This document shows positions 18,651-28,567 of a DNA stretch of 64,000 nucleotides, piece by piece. Both the position numbers and the translations under genes were made by a program. This DNA is from Candidatus Marinacidobacterales bacterium (GTDB lineage Bacteria > Acidobacteriota > Vicinamibacteria > Marinacidobacterales > SMYC01). Under the pieces are notes generated by a model, which was given only the letters and a program-made list of their open reading frames with translations, did not search any database and was not told the DNA's origin. Within the stretch, counting starts at the first letter, position 1. Every line of letters begins with the position of its first letter. The stretch lies in assembly GCA_965224085.1 (NCBI GenBank), contig CBDCYI010000004.1, positions 1,280,001-1,344,000 of the forward strand. Direction: 5' to 3'.

Positions 18651-19845
18651 ACGAGAACTGGAACGCGGGGAGCTTTTTTCGTATGTCTGCGACGAGGCGG
18701 GCCACGCCGCGAGGGCCCGTGACCGTAACCACGGCCGAGAGCTCTACGCGGTCGCCTTCCTGCTCGAGTCTCCGCATCCGGAACTCTTGGACGACGGAAG
18801 GTATCTGCTCGAGAGCACGCTGCTCAAAGAACCGATCGGCATCGCCGGAAACGACGAGAAGGAGCGTCCTGTCTGGCATCCGCGGCCACAGCCGTTGTCG
18901 CACGACCACGAAAAGGGAGACGAGCACGACGACCGCGACCGCCAGAGGGCGTTGGCGCGCCCCGAGGGCCACACCCACGGCGATGCAAAACAACAGATAG
19001 GCGATCTCGTCTGGCGTCTTGATGGCGGTGCGAAAGCGAACGACCGAAAGTGCACCGATGAGCCCGAGCGACAGAGCGAGTGACGACTCCACGACGACGA
19101 TGACCAGAACGGTCGTGAGGGTGAACACGGGAAACAGCTTGCCGAACGCGTGGCGATTCGATGGGACGGGGGCGAAGCCGATATAGAGACCGCGTATAAC
19201 GAGCGCCAAAAAGCCAGCCAGGATGAGATTCGTGGCGAGACTCACGCCTTGGTTGTAGTCGGCTCCACCTTGTTCCAGAAGCCAGGATTCCGCATCGAGC
19301 GTGAGATCGCCCGCCGCTTTCGCGAGCATACGTCCCGGGCTCGAGACGAGCGCGAGCTCCCCCCAGACCGTCCGGACCCGGTCGGCCCACAGAATATCGA
19401 CATTACGATCCTCGGGCGTACGCGTGACGAGCACGAGCACGACCCGCTCTTCCGACCACGCGCTCAAGTCCACAACGCGCGAGTGCCAGCGGTTGGCGTC
19501 GCCGAATCGAAAGACCTCGTTGAAAACCTCGACGGAGTCGTCTTCCGCTTCGACGATGACCCCAAAGGAAACGCGGGCGCGGCGGACGTTCTGCTCGGTG
19601 ACGAGCGCCGGCGAAACACGGAGAAAAGCCGCACTCGGGAGATCCACCTCGAAACGGCGCTCGGCGGGAAAAGGAAGCACCAAGGCATCATGTGCAGCAC
19701 CCGAGAGCTCGAACCGCGCGCGCTCCGCCAGATCGCCGCGCTCGACGAGCGATGTCCGAGGTTCCTCACATCCGGAAAGCGTCAGGACGATGAGGATGAC
19801 TGCCCGATTCACGAGGTCTCCGTAATAGCGCGCAATGCGCTCCAT
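18625..19845 (-). CDS. DUF4956 membrane protein with N-terminal lipoprotein beta-sandwich extension
   Basis: SSLALSLGLIGALSVVRFRTAIK signature; LTLSGC lipobox. Confidence 0.8.
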   Translation of the reverse strand: MERIARYYGDLVNRAVILIVLTLSGCEEPRTSLVERGDLAERARFELSGAAHDALVLPFPAERRFEVDLPSAAFLRVSPALVTEQNVRRARVSFGVIVEAEDDSVEVFNEVFRFGDANRWHSRVVDLSAWSEERVVLVLVTRTPEDRNVDILWADRVRTVWGELALVSSPGRMLAKAAGDLTLDAESWLLEQGGADYNQGVSLATNLILAGFLALVIRGLYIGFAPVPSNRHAFGKLFPVFTLTTVLVIVVVESSLALSLGLIGALSVVRFRTAIKTPDEIAYLLFCIAVGVALGARQRPLAVAVVVLVSLFVVVRQRLWPRMPDRTLLLVVSGDADRFFEQRALEQIPSVVQEFRMRRLEQEGDRVELSAVVTVTGPRGVARLVADIRKKLPAFQFSFVEADEIP

Positions 19846-21848
19846 TCCATTCCGTCCCGGGCGCGCGTCTTGAGCTTCGTCGTGCCTTCGAGCGCGATGC
19901 TATCACCGCTTCGCAGGCGTTTTGCCTGGCTCGAGACAGCTCCGCCGATCGCGCGAGGGTCGCTACCATCGCGGGTCACATAAATCTCGACGCCTTGGGT
20001 TTGGACCAGCGTAACCGACGATGTGGAAATCCTCGTGGGCTCGGGCGGGTCGATCCGCGGGTAATAGTCCTCTTGTCTCAAGACTTCGATGAAGTGCGAG
20101 ACGTTTCCCGTCATCACTTCTTCGACCCTTCTTACCTGTGGCAAGAAAGTGTCGTTCCGCGTCCTTGTCGGCTCGCCGAGCGCCTTGCGTGCATCGCCCC
20201 AGCGGGCAGATTCCGCGACCACGGCTGACTCGATATAAGCCACAAGTCGCCTCCAACGCGCAATCGAGCGCTCTTCGGTGAGCGCACCATGGAAACAGTG
20301 TTGATAGACTCGATCGGCGAATAGCGTCATGAACTCGCGACTCTGCGCGAGCGCGTGCCAGATCCCGACCATGTCCCCCGATCGCGTGGCCGCGGCCCGG
20401 GTGAAGAGTCCGTGCACCCACGCCATGGGCGTGTCACCCGAGAACAAAGTATATTCCGCATCCCACATGAAGTAGCGGAACGGGCCCGGCGGGTTGTTTC
20501 TATTACCCCCATACCAGTTTCGATCGGGTCCCCAGTCGTAGAGTCTCGAGTACCACGCGAGAATGATGTAGTCGACGAAATGCTCGACGTCCAAAGATTG
20601 CTGAAGTTCCCGATAATTCTGGAGGACCCGCATGTCTTTGTTTTTCAACGGTCCGCGAAGGTAATGCCATCGCCTATCGTCACCGTGCAGTACGCCGTTG
20701 TGATTCACAGCCATCCAGTCCGACTGCTCACCTCCTAAATGTGCCGATGTGAACCATCCGTCCGGACGCTCGGCCGCGTTGTAGAGACCCCAGTAGAAAC
20801 CATTCAGATACAGATGGACGAACGTCCCGTGCGCGCCGAGCTCGGTCATCGCGATCTCCGTATCGCGTGTCCACTGATCCCTCGCGTAGGTCGTCTCGCC
20901 GGCGTCGTGGCCCGCGAAGGAGCGCGTGTGGCCCGAGCGCAATACGAGCCGATCGAACTTGGTCGTGGCCGATTTTCCGTTGAGAGGAGCGTCCTGCATG
21001 AGCTTCGAGCGGAGTTTGCCAACCCCATACTCATTCTTGAAAACGAGTTTGAGCGCTCGTTTGGCGCCGTAGCCTGCATGCGACTCGACGGCGCAATCGA
21101 CCTGGAAACCGCGATCGGGTAGGTGCGGATAGATGAGCTCAACCGATGCGGGGCCCCTCCCGGGCTTCGCTTGGCTCCGGAAATAGACGCCGCTTTCCGA
21201 GCGCTTCAGATTACCATCATCGGAGAACACTTGGCCGAATAGATCTTGCTTGTCCATCACGACGGAAAGCGACGGAATCGCTTTCATAGCGGAGAAGATC
21301 TCGCGACGATAATCCACGTGATCCACGATTGCGGGGTCCATCTCGTAGTCGAATTCAGTCAAACCGCCCATGCCGATCCCGCCTATCGAGGTCGGAAATC
21401 CGCTCGGGTAGCGGGGCTGTCTGACGACGTGCTTCGGAAAAATGTAGGTGTGGGTGTCGACATTACTCGGCGTGAGCCCTCTCTTGTACGCCATCGCGCG
21501 CAGCGTCGTCGTGCTATCGATCCTCACGACAACGGGGTTCTCGTCGCCGAGACCGTGCGTCGGGCTCGGCGCGCTTCCATCGGTAGTGTATCGAACACGG
21601 GCGCCTTCGGTGCCGGACTGGATGACAACTGCAAAACCCGAATCGTAGAAACCGCGCTCCCGGTTGAAACGCGTATCGGCCACGACGTTTTGAGCGGCGG
21701 CGCCAGCGAGTGACGACAGGACGACGGAAACGAAAGCCGCCATCGTCCTAGGAAGAAACGGATGCATATCGATCGACCCAGCGAGTTTAGCGGTTGACAT
21801 GGCCGCTGGCCAGCAGGACTGTTTGGAGGAACTCAAGGTGAGATACAA
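19809..21848 (-). CDS. CotH kinase family protein with FN3/CHB_HEX-type domains
   Basis: RYTTDGSAP, FVHLYLNGFYWGLYNAAERP, DWGPDRNW, MWDAE, AESARWGD; likely start 21767. Confidence 0.85.
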   Translation of the reverse strand: MYLTLSSSKQSCWPAAMSTAKLAGSIDMHPFLPRTMAAFVSVVLSSLAGAAAQNVVADTRFNRERGFYDSGFAVVIQSGTEGARVRYTTDGSAPSPTHGLGDENPVVVRIDSTTTLRAMAYKRGLTPSNVDTHTYIFPKHVVRQPRYPSGFPTSIGGIGMGGLTEFDYEMDPAIVDHVDYRREIFSAMKAIPSLSVVMDKQDLFGQVFSDDGNLKRSESGVYFRSQAKPGRGPASVELIYPHLPDRGFQVDCAVESHAGYGAKRALKLVFKNEYGVGKLRSKLMQDAPLNGKSATTKFDRLVLRSGHTRSFAGHDAGETTYARDQWTRDTEIAMTELGAHGTFVHLYLNGFYWGLYNAAERPDGWFTSAHLGGEQSDWMAVNHNGVLHGDDRRWHYLRGPLKNKDMRVLQNYRELQQSLDVEHFVDYIILAWYSRLYDWGPDRNWYGGNRNNPPGPFRYFMWDAEYTLFSGDTPMAWVHGLFTRAAATRSGDMVGIWHALAQSREFMTLFADRVYQHCFHGALTEERSIARWRRLVAYIESAVVAESARWGDARKALGEPTRTRNDTFLPQVRRVEEVMTGNVSHFIEVLRQEDYYPRIDPPEPTRISTSSVTLVQTQGVEIYVTRDGSDPRAIGGAVSSQAKRLRSGDSIALEGTTKLKTRARDGMEWSALRAITETS

Positions 21849-21857
21849 TCGCTCGTC

Positions 21858-22529
21858 ATGTGGCCCCAGAATCTAGGACCGGAGCTTACCATGGTCCTCA
21901 ACTGCGCGGTGAACATGCTCATCGGTGGAGCTCTCGCGCTCTACATCCGAGAGCTCTATAAGCGCTTCGGCACCTCCATCTCCAACCGTGACAATTTCTC
22001 CGGTGTGTTCCCGATGCTCACCATGGTGACGGTCGTCATCATCTTCGTCGTGAAGTCCTCGCTGGCACTTTCCTTGGGTTTGGTCGGGGCGCTCTCGATC
22101 GTCCGCTTCCGCGCGGCGATCAAGACATCGGAGGAGCTCGTTTATCTCTTTTTGTGCATCGGGGTCGGGCTCGCGCTCGGCGCCGAGCACCGATTGCTCG
22201 CCGCGGTTGCCGTGGTCATCGTCACGATCTTCGTCGTCGGCCGGCGCGTTCTCGGGTGGAGCGCGTCGCGGCAGAACCTTCTCCTGACCGTCATCGGCGA
22301 TGCCGAGCGCTTTGTCGAAACCGCTGACGAGGCCAGTATTGTCGAAGCTCTCGAGCGATTGACGGGCGGGCTGACGATTCAGAGATTTGATCTCGAGGAT
22401 GGCCAAGTGCAGATTCGAGCCAGAGTCACCCCGGGCGGCCCCAAAGAAACGACCCAGCTGATAACCGAGATCAAGAAGGAGTTCCCCCACCTCCAGGTTT
22501 CCTATGTGAACTTGGACTCGCTCGTGTAA
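21858..22529 (+). CDS. DUF4956 membrane protein
   Basis: VKSSLALSLGLVGALSIVRFRAAIK. Confidence 0.85.
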   Translation: MWPQNLGPELTMVLNCAVNMLIGGALALYIRELYKRFGTSISNRDNFSGVFPMLTMVTVVIIFVVKSSLALSLGLVGALSIVRFRAAIKTSEELVYLFLCIGVGLALGAEHRLLAAVAVVIVTIFVVGRRVLGWSASRQNLLLTVIGDAERFVETADEASIVEALERLTGGLTIQRFDLEDGQVQIRARVTPGGPKETTQLITEIKKEFPHLQVSYVNLDSLV

Positions 22530-22546
22530 GAAGCGGACGCCACGAT

Positions 22547-23887
22547 CTAACGAATCGTTTCGGCTGAGGAAGCGGCTACGGATTCCCGGTAGCGAGCAAT
22601 CCGCTCCTCCAACACACTCGAAGAGCGCTCAAAGGATTGGCTCAATCGCTGCACGGTGTCTCGTATCGTAGCCTCCGCCGTCGCCCGGTCTGACTCGGGT
22701 GAGCCGTTTCCGTTCGGGAAGAGCTCTAACATTGCCGAAGCCACGTTTTCGCGCGCCATGAAAGGCAACAGCGCGTCGCTCGTTTCCCGAAGGATGTCGT
22801 CGAATATTCGAGGTTTGAGCCGGGTCTCGACGAGGTCCTCGAGCACGTCGACATATAGCGCGTAGCCAACCGGGTCGCCCAGCAGGATGTGGTCCCACTC
22901 CGCTTCGGCGCAGTAGGTGAGCTCGTAGGGGTCGCGAAACGCATATCGACCATCCAAATGGCACACGTTGAAGACGTCGTCTGGGTCCCAGGCGAAGAAC
23001 GTGTAATAGGGTCGGGCGCCGGCCTGCGGAGTCGGGTTGTCCTCCGCGAGCAACCACAGCTCGTCAACGGAATCTCCGTTCTGGAGGAGTGCGTTCGAAG
23101 CGATCCACAACAGATACTGGTCTAGATTCATGCGCTCGCGAAAGCGGGCCACGAGTCGCTCTCCTGAAAGCCCCACGAATTCCTCGAGCGTTTTCTCGTA
23201 ATCAGCTCTCGCTTCCTGCTCACCCGTCCTCGAATATTTCACCTCCACTAGCGTCCTGACGGAAGAGAAGTTACGCCTCAGAAGCGCCCGTAGCCCGCTT
23301 CGCGAGAAGCGGATCCGATCCAATTTCTCAACGAGTAGATACACGCCTCGCGAGCTTCCGTTCAGCGTCAGCTCCACGTAGCGAAGCTGCATTGGAAAGA
23401 GTCCAAGTTGACTCCAGAGCTTGAGCACCGTGTGTTGGCGTACATAGCCGTGATCAAGGCACATGCTCAAAAGATAGAATTCGTCGGTCACCGAGTCGAG
23501 AGAGGCAAAGCGAGGCCGCTTCCCGTACAGGTTGAGCGTGTAGTTTCTTCGTGCGCAGCCAAACGAACCTTTGCCGCGCAGATGTGCCGTGGCTCTCGCC
23601 GCCTCCCAGTGCTCGCCCATCCGCACGGAGAGCGAGAAGTCACTCCGGTTCGATTGCTTGATTCTCCGCCCATACTCCTTCCATTCGGCGTCCGTGAAGA
23701 GAAAGTCCACCCGGTCTCGATTTGGCTCTTCAACAGTGCAAGCAGACTGAATAGCCGTCGCCAGCGTCAATAGCATCCCGGCTATTCGACGCCGTTTTTG
23801 CGCTTTCACTTTGGTTACTTCCGATGGCCCATGTAGTCGGGACCACCGGTTATCGTACTCCACGGCGCGGCCCGACGTCTCGCCCAA
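22547..23887 (-). CDS. CotH kinase family protein (possible lipoprotein)
   Basis: HLRGKGS, YVELTLNGSSRGVYLLVEK, NGDSVDE, AWDPD. Confidence 0.75.
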   Translation of the reverse strand: MGETSGRAVEYDNRWSRLHGPSEVTKVKAQKRRRIAGMLLTLATAIQSACTVEEPNRDRVDFLFTDAEWKEYGRRIKQSNRSDFSLSVRMGEHWEAARATAHLRGKGSFGCARRNYTLNLYGKRPRFASLDSVTDEFYLLSMCLDHGYVRQHTVLKLWSQLGLFPMQLRYVELTLNGSSRGVYLLVEKLDRIRFSRSGLRALLRRNFSSVRTLVEVKYSRTGEQEARADYEKTLEEFVGLSGERLVARFRERMNLDQYLLWIASNALLQNGDSVDELWLLAEDNPTPQAGARPYYTFFAWDPDDVFNVCHLDGRYAFRDPYELTYCAEAEWDHILLGDPVGYALYVDVLEDLVETRLKPRIFDDILRETSDALLPFMARENVASAMLELFPNGNGSPESDRATAEATIRDTVQRLSQSFERSSSVLEERIARYRESVAASSAETIR

Positions 23888-24019
23888 GTCGTTTCTATGG
23901 CGATTCGCCGACTCGGCATGAGATTCGGCACGCTTTGCGCCGCCAGCAGCTCGGGGCGCGCTCCGAAGCGTTGGATCACACGCTCTTCTCCTGCCGTTGA
24001 TATCGCAACGAGCGTCCTT

Positions 24020-24170
24020 CGCCCTTCGTGGCTATACCCATCGAACGACCTACGCGCGCGACCAGTGGGCGCGTGACGGCCTGATCGCGATGACGGGCTC
24101 TGGTTCGCGCAGTCTCTTCGTGCATTGGTACATCAACGGTCTCTATTGGGGCCTCTACAACGCCGTGGCA
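24020..24170 (+). pseudogene. Internal fragment of a third CotH paralog
   Basis: TTYARDQWARDGLIAMTGSGSRSLFVHWYINGLYWGLYNA, parallel to the 19809..21848 protein. Confidence 0.75.
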
Positions 24171-24215
24171 AGAGGGACAACAGTGAGTCCTATACTGCGG
24201 TATATTTAGCGCTTC

Positions 24216-25436
24216 GTGTCTTTGAAATTCCTCATCTTGTTCGCGCTTCTCACAGAGCCCCAAGCGGAGCATGCGTTTCTGCGCGACAAGATCCTCGGCA
24301 TGCTCGTCGGCTCCGCGATCGGCGATGCGATGGGCGCGCCGAGCGAGATGTGGACACGCGAGCAGATCCAGGCCGAGTACGGGTTCGTAAAGGACCTTCA
24401 TCCCAGGATGACGAAGCCCTCACCCGAGGGAACGTGGGAGCTCAACGTCCGCGCCGGCACTACCACTGACGACACGCGTTGGAAGGCGCTAGCTATCGAT
24501 TACTTGAGCGGAGCGGGTGACGGCGAGCTCCACGCGAAAGACTTTGCCGCCTATTTGTCCTCGCGCTTCGCGGCCGAGATCGAAGAGCTGCGCCGACTCA
24601 CCATGGACGACCCCGCCCCGGCGCTGATCGAAGGCGTCATGCGCTTGCAGTGGCTCGAGGAGTGGGAACGGGTTGCACGCGCGTATACGGACGGCGATAT
24701 CGACGAGTACTCGAGCGCGCTCAACCGATTCTACGGTGGTGAGATGGTGTGTGCCGGCATCCTGTTCGCGCCGGCTCTGGGCACGTTCTATCCAGGGGAG
24801 CCCGAAGCCGCGTATCGCAACACCTTCGCCGTCGACATCTACGATCTCGGCTACGCGAAGGACGTGAGTGCCATCACTGCGGCGATGATCGCTGCCGCGA
24901 TTCCGGAAGGCTCGACGCCGGAGTCGATCCTCGCCGTGCTATCGGAGGTCGACCCTCAGGGTTTTTTTGAGAGCCGCCTCATCGGGAGGCAGGCGTTCAA
25001 CATTCTCCGCGATGCCCGTGCCATTGCACACAGGGCGCGCGAGGTAGGGCTGACCAAAGATGCGCTGGCGCACGACCCGTGGGTTGACAGCGGGCACGAG
25101 CCTATCGAGCGCGCGCAGCTGAATGAAGCCTATCGGTTGCTCGACGAGCGGCAACAGCGCATGCCGTTTCATGCGGGCGAGATCCATCTCGTGAACTTGA
25201 CCGCACTCCTCTATAGCGATTTCGATTTTCGCGGCGCGCTCGAGTTCGTCGTCAACTATGGGCGCGACAACGACACGACGGCCGCTGTCGCCGGTGCCGT
25301 GGTGGGCGCGTTTTTGGGCGCCGAGCGGCTTCCGGGGAAGTGGGTGTCGACCGTCCTCGAGAGGAATCGCGCCATCGGGATCGACCTCGACGAACTGGCT
25401 GATCGCCTCGTCGCCGCGGTCGAAAACCGCCGATAG
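24216..25436 (+). CDS. ADP-ribosylglycohydrolase family protein
   Basis: GSAIGDAMGAP, TTDDT, GRDNDTTAAVAG. Confidence 0.88.
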   Translation: MSLKFLILFALLTEPQAEHAFLRDKILGMLVGSAIGDAMGAPSEMWTREQIQAEYGFVKDLHPRMTKPSPEGTWELNVRAGTTTDDTRWKALAIDYLSGAGDGELHAKDFAAYLSSRFAAEIEELRRLTMDDPAPALIEGVMRLQWLEEWERVARAYTDGDIDEYSSALNRFYGGEMVCAGILFAPALGTFYPGEPEAAYRNTFAVDIYDLGYAKDVSAITAAMIAAAIPEGSTPESILAVLSEVDPQGFFESRLIGRQAFNILRDARAIAHRAREVGLTKDALAHDPWVDSGHEPIERAQLNEAYRLLDERQQRMPFHAGEIHLVNLTALLYSDFDFRGALEFVVNYGRDNDTTAAVAGAVVGAFLGAERLPGKWVSTVLERNRAIGIDLDELADRLVAAVENRR

Positions 25437-25558
25437 TGGCCATCTCATTTCGAAAGAGCCACTACTTGTACATATACAATATATACAGTGGTCACGGAGG
25501 GGAGTGAAATCCCGGATGACCGCTTTTCGAAAAGTGACATGGGGATAAGCTAGGCGAT

Positions 25559-26554
25559 ATGGCGACCAGGCGTCTTCTCTCCACAGAAGAAAGAGCCCGC
25601 CGCATCCGGCGCTGGATCCGGCGCGGTGAGGACCGGCTCCTCGAGCGATTCGCGGTCTTGCGACATCAAAACGCGATAGGGGCCACGCTTCTCGTTCTAG
25701 CTGCTTCGGGTATGGTCGTCTCGGGCTGGCTCTATTGGACGGGATGGATCCCCGGCTATGTCTGCATATTGCAGTGCGCGTTCTCAGCGTCGATTCTTCA
25801 CGAGATCGAGCACGATCTGATTCACTACCTCTACTTCCGAAAACGCCCGATCGTTCACAACGCGATGATGTTCTTCGTGTGGGCTTTCCGCGGAAACGTG
25901 CCGCACGGCTGGTACCGTCGGAAGATCCACTTTCATCATCACGGGGCGTCGGGAACGCACACGGATGTCGAAGAGAGGCTAGTGGGGCTCGGCACTCCCT
26001 GGGGCTTCCGTCGCTTCGTCATCTCCGTCGACGGCTTGATGTCGGTCCTTCTGAACGGGCGCGACCTCCGGTGTGAGATCCCGGCCTTTCGTCGCCGGAA
26101 CCTGGCTCTCGCTTGTCTTCCGTTCTATCCCTTGTTCCTTCTCGTGCTACTCAGCTTCACCATCTACCACGCCGCGATCTTGATGGGCATCACCCCTTCG
26201 GCCACGATGCAGCACGTCTATCCGTGGCTGGATTTGCTCGCGATTGCGTGGGTCTTTCCAAACTACTTGCGCCAAGCTGCACTCCAAATTGTCTCCTCCA
26301 ACTGTCACTACTATGACGACATCGGGAACATCACCGAAGAGACACAGGTACTGCGCCCTTTCTACTTGTGGCCGCTCCAGTTATTGTGTTTCAACTTCGG
26401 GACGACACACTGCTTCCATCACTACGTCGTCGAGCAGCCTTTCTATATTCGCCAGCTCATCACTCCTTGGGCCCTGCCCGCGATGAGGAAATACGGCGTC
26501 CGCGAGAACGACACCGGAACCTTCTGGCGCGCCAACCGGTTCCGGACTTCCTAA
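25559..26554 (+). CDS. Fatty acid desaturase family protein
   Basis: His boxes HEIEH, HFHHH, HCFHH. Confidence 0.88.
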   Translation: MATRRLLSTEERARRIRRWIRRGEDRLLERFAVLRHQNAIGATLLVLAASGMVVSGWLYWTGWIPGYVCILQCAFSASILHEIEHDLIHYLYFRKRPIVHNAMMFFVWAFRGNVPHGWYRRKIHFHHHGASGTHTDVEERLVGLGTPWGFRRFVISVDGLMSVLLNGRDLRCEIPAFRRRNLALACLPFYPLFLLVLLSFTIYHAAILMGITPSATMQHVYPWLDLLAIAWVFPNYLRQAALQIVSSNCHYYDDIGNITEETQVLRPFYLWPLQLLCFNFGTTHCFHHYVVEQPFYIRQLITPWALPAMRKYGVRENDTGTFWRANRFRTS

Positions 26555-26735
26555 CGCTTCCGACGTACAGCGTTTGCAGCGCGCGGCCGATCGGACCGCG
26601 CACGTCGTGCAGCACCGTTTCCGTGATACCTATCCCCGTCGGCTCGACATGAGAGCGTCGGGAAATTTGTAGAAAACCAAGCTCATGCTGGGAGGCTATC
26701 GCGTTTCGTCTTCATGGCATAATCGGCGTCTATTC

Positions 26736-27650
26736 ATGAGCGAAGCCATCGTTCTCGACAACGTGACCAAGTCCTTCGGTTCGAAGGTCGCAGTCGCTTC
26801 GATGGGGCTCGCCATCCCTCGCGGCGGCCTCTATGGATTCATTGGCCCGAACGGCGCGGGCAAAACCACGACGATCCGCCTCGTGATGTCGATTCTCTTT
26901 CCCGATGACGGGCGCGTCTCGGTGCTCGGTGGCTCGGCGCTCGAAGTCAAAGACCGTATCGGCTACCTTCCCGAGGAGCGCGGGCTCTACCGTAAGATGA
27001 AGGTCGGTGCTTTTCTCGCCTACCTGGCGCGGCTCAAAGAAGTCGACGAAGCTGACGTGATGCAGCGGGTGCGCTATTGGCTCGAGCGGGTCGGTCTCGC
27101 GGAAGTCGAGCGCAAGCGTTGCGAGGAGCTATCGAAGGGGATGCAGCAGAAAGTGCAATTCGTCGCGGCCGTCTTGCACGAGCCGGAGCTTCTCATCTTG
27201 GACGAGCCCTTCAGCGGCCTCGACCCTGTCAACATGCGTCTTTTGCGGGAGCTCGTCCTCGAGCAGCACGCGCGCGGCGCGACCATCCTGTTCTCGACGC
27301 ATGTGATGCCCCAGGCCGAGCAGATCTGCGAGCACATCGTGATGATCCATGACGGCGTTGTCGTCCTCGACGAAAGCCTCGACGCCGTCCGCTCCCGCTT
27401 CGATCCGAGAACCATTGAGCTCGATCCCCTCGCGGAGACGCGGGAAGCGGACGAGGTCGCTCTAGGAGCCCTCCCCGGTGTCGCAGCCGTCGAGCGGGAG
27501 GAGCGCGGGTACACGATACGTCTCGACGAGGGCGCCGAGATTTCGCACATCATGGGTCGGGTCGCCGAGCGCGTAGCGCCGCGGCGACTCGAGCTTGCCC
27601 GGCCGACCCTCGAAGAAGTGTTCTTCGAGCTCGTGGGGGCCGAACGTTGA
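26736..27650 (+). CDS. ABC-2 transporter ATP-binding protein (NatA-like, DUF4162)
   Basis: GPNGAGKT, LSKGMQQK, ILDEPFSGLD. Confidence 0.92.
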   Translation: MSEAIVLDNVTKSFGSKVAVASMGLAIPRGGLYGFIGPNGAGKTTTIRLVMSILFPDDGRVSVLGGSALEVKDRIGYLPEERGLYRKMKVGAFLAYLARLKEVDEADVMQRVRYWLERVGLAEVERKRCEELSKGMQQKVQFVAAVLHEPELLILDEPFSGLDPVNMRLLRELVLEQHARGATILFSTHVMPQAEQICEHIVMIHDGVVVLDESLDAVRSRFDPRTIELDPLAETREADEVALGALPGVAAVEREERGYTIRLDEGAEISHIMGRVAERVAPRRLELARPTLEEVFFELVGAER

Positions 27651-28567
27651 GAAAGCTGTTTCACGTTGCGTGGCGCGAGTTCGTCACGACCGTTGCCACC
27701 AAAGGGTTCATCATCGGGGTTCTTCTGACGCCGGTCCTGATGGGCCTTTTCATACTCGTGATGCCCGCGCTCATGAACGAAGCGGCCCCGCCGATCGCGG
27801 GTGAGATTCTCCTTCGCGACCCTACGGGAGTCGTCTTCCCGGTCGTGCGGGACTATCTCGAGCCTGAAGCGATGGCCGAACGGCGTCGGCATCTACTGGA
27901 CACGGCGAGCGAAGTCGCGCCCGACACTGTTTCGGAAACGACGATGCGAGGTCTGATGGGCGAGGTGCCAGAACTCGATGTTCAGCGGCTCGAAGGCGGG
28001 CTCGAGGATGCGAAAGCTTCTCTTCTAGCGGACCCGAATCGGTTGGCGGTGGCGATCGTCGAGCCGAACGCCATCGACGAAGCGGAAGGAAGTTACGAGC
28101 TCTTCGTCCGCGAGAAGCTCGACGACCGCGTGGAGAGCGAGCTCCATGACGCGCTGCGGGAGGCCATTGTCGACGCGCGGATCCGAGCGCGGGGCCTCGA
28201 TCGCGGCGAGATCGACGCGATTACTCAGGTCGCGTATCGGCGCTCGACGACCGTGACGGAAGAAGGGGGAGCGCGAGACGCTCGGGGTCCTGAACATGGT
28301 GATGCCCCTCGCTTTCATGGGCCTCGTGTTGATGTCGGTGATGGTGAGCGGCCAATACCTTCTGACGACGACGATCGAAGAAAAACAGAGCCGTGTCGTC
28401 GAAATGCTGCTCTCCGCCGTCTCACCGATGGAGCTCATGACGGGGAAGATTCTCGGCCAGTTCTGCGTAGGCCTCGTCGTCCTCGTGCTGTATTCCGGGA
28501 TCGGCCTGGCGCTCGTCTCCTTCGCGGTCTCCGGCGTCCTCGACTCGTCGCTGGTTCTCTACCTTTT
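27647..28567 (+). pseudogene. ABC-2 permease (NatB-like), frameshifted in G-run ~28265 and truncated by IS5
   Basis: AWREFVTTV; IEEKQSRVVEMLLSAVSPMELMTGKILG in the second frame; ends at the IS IR. Confidence 0.8.
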
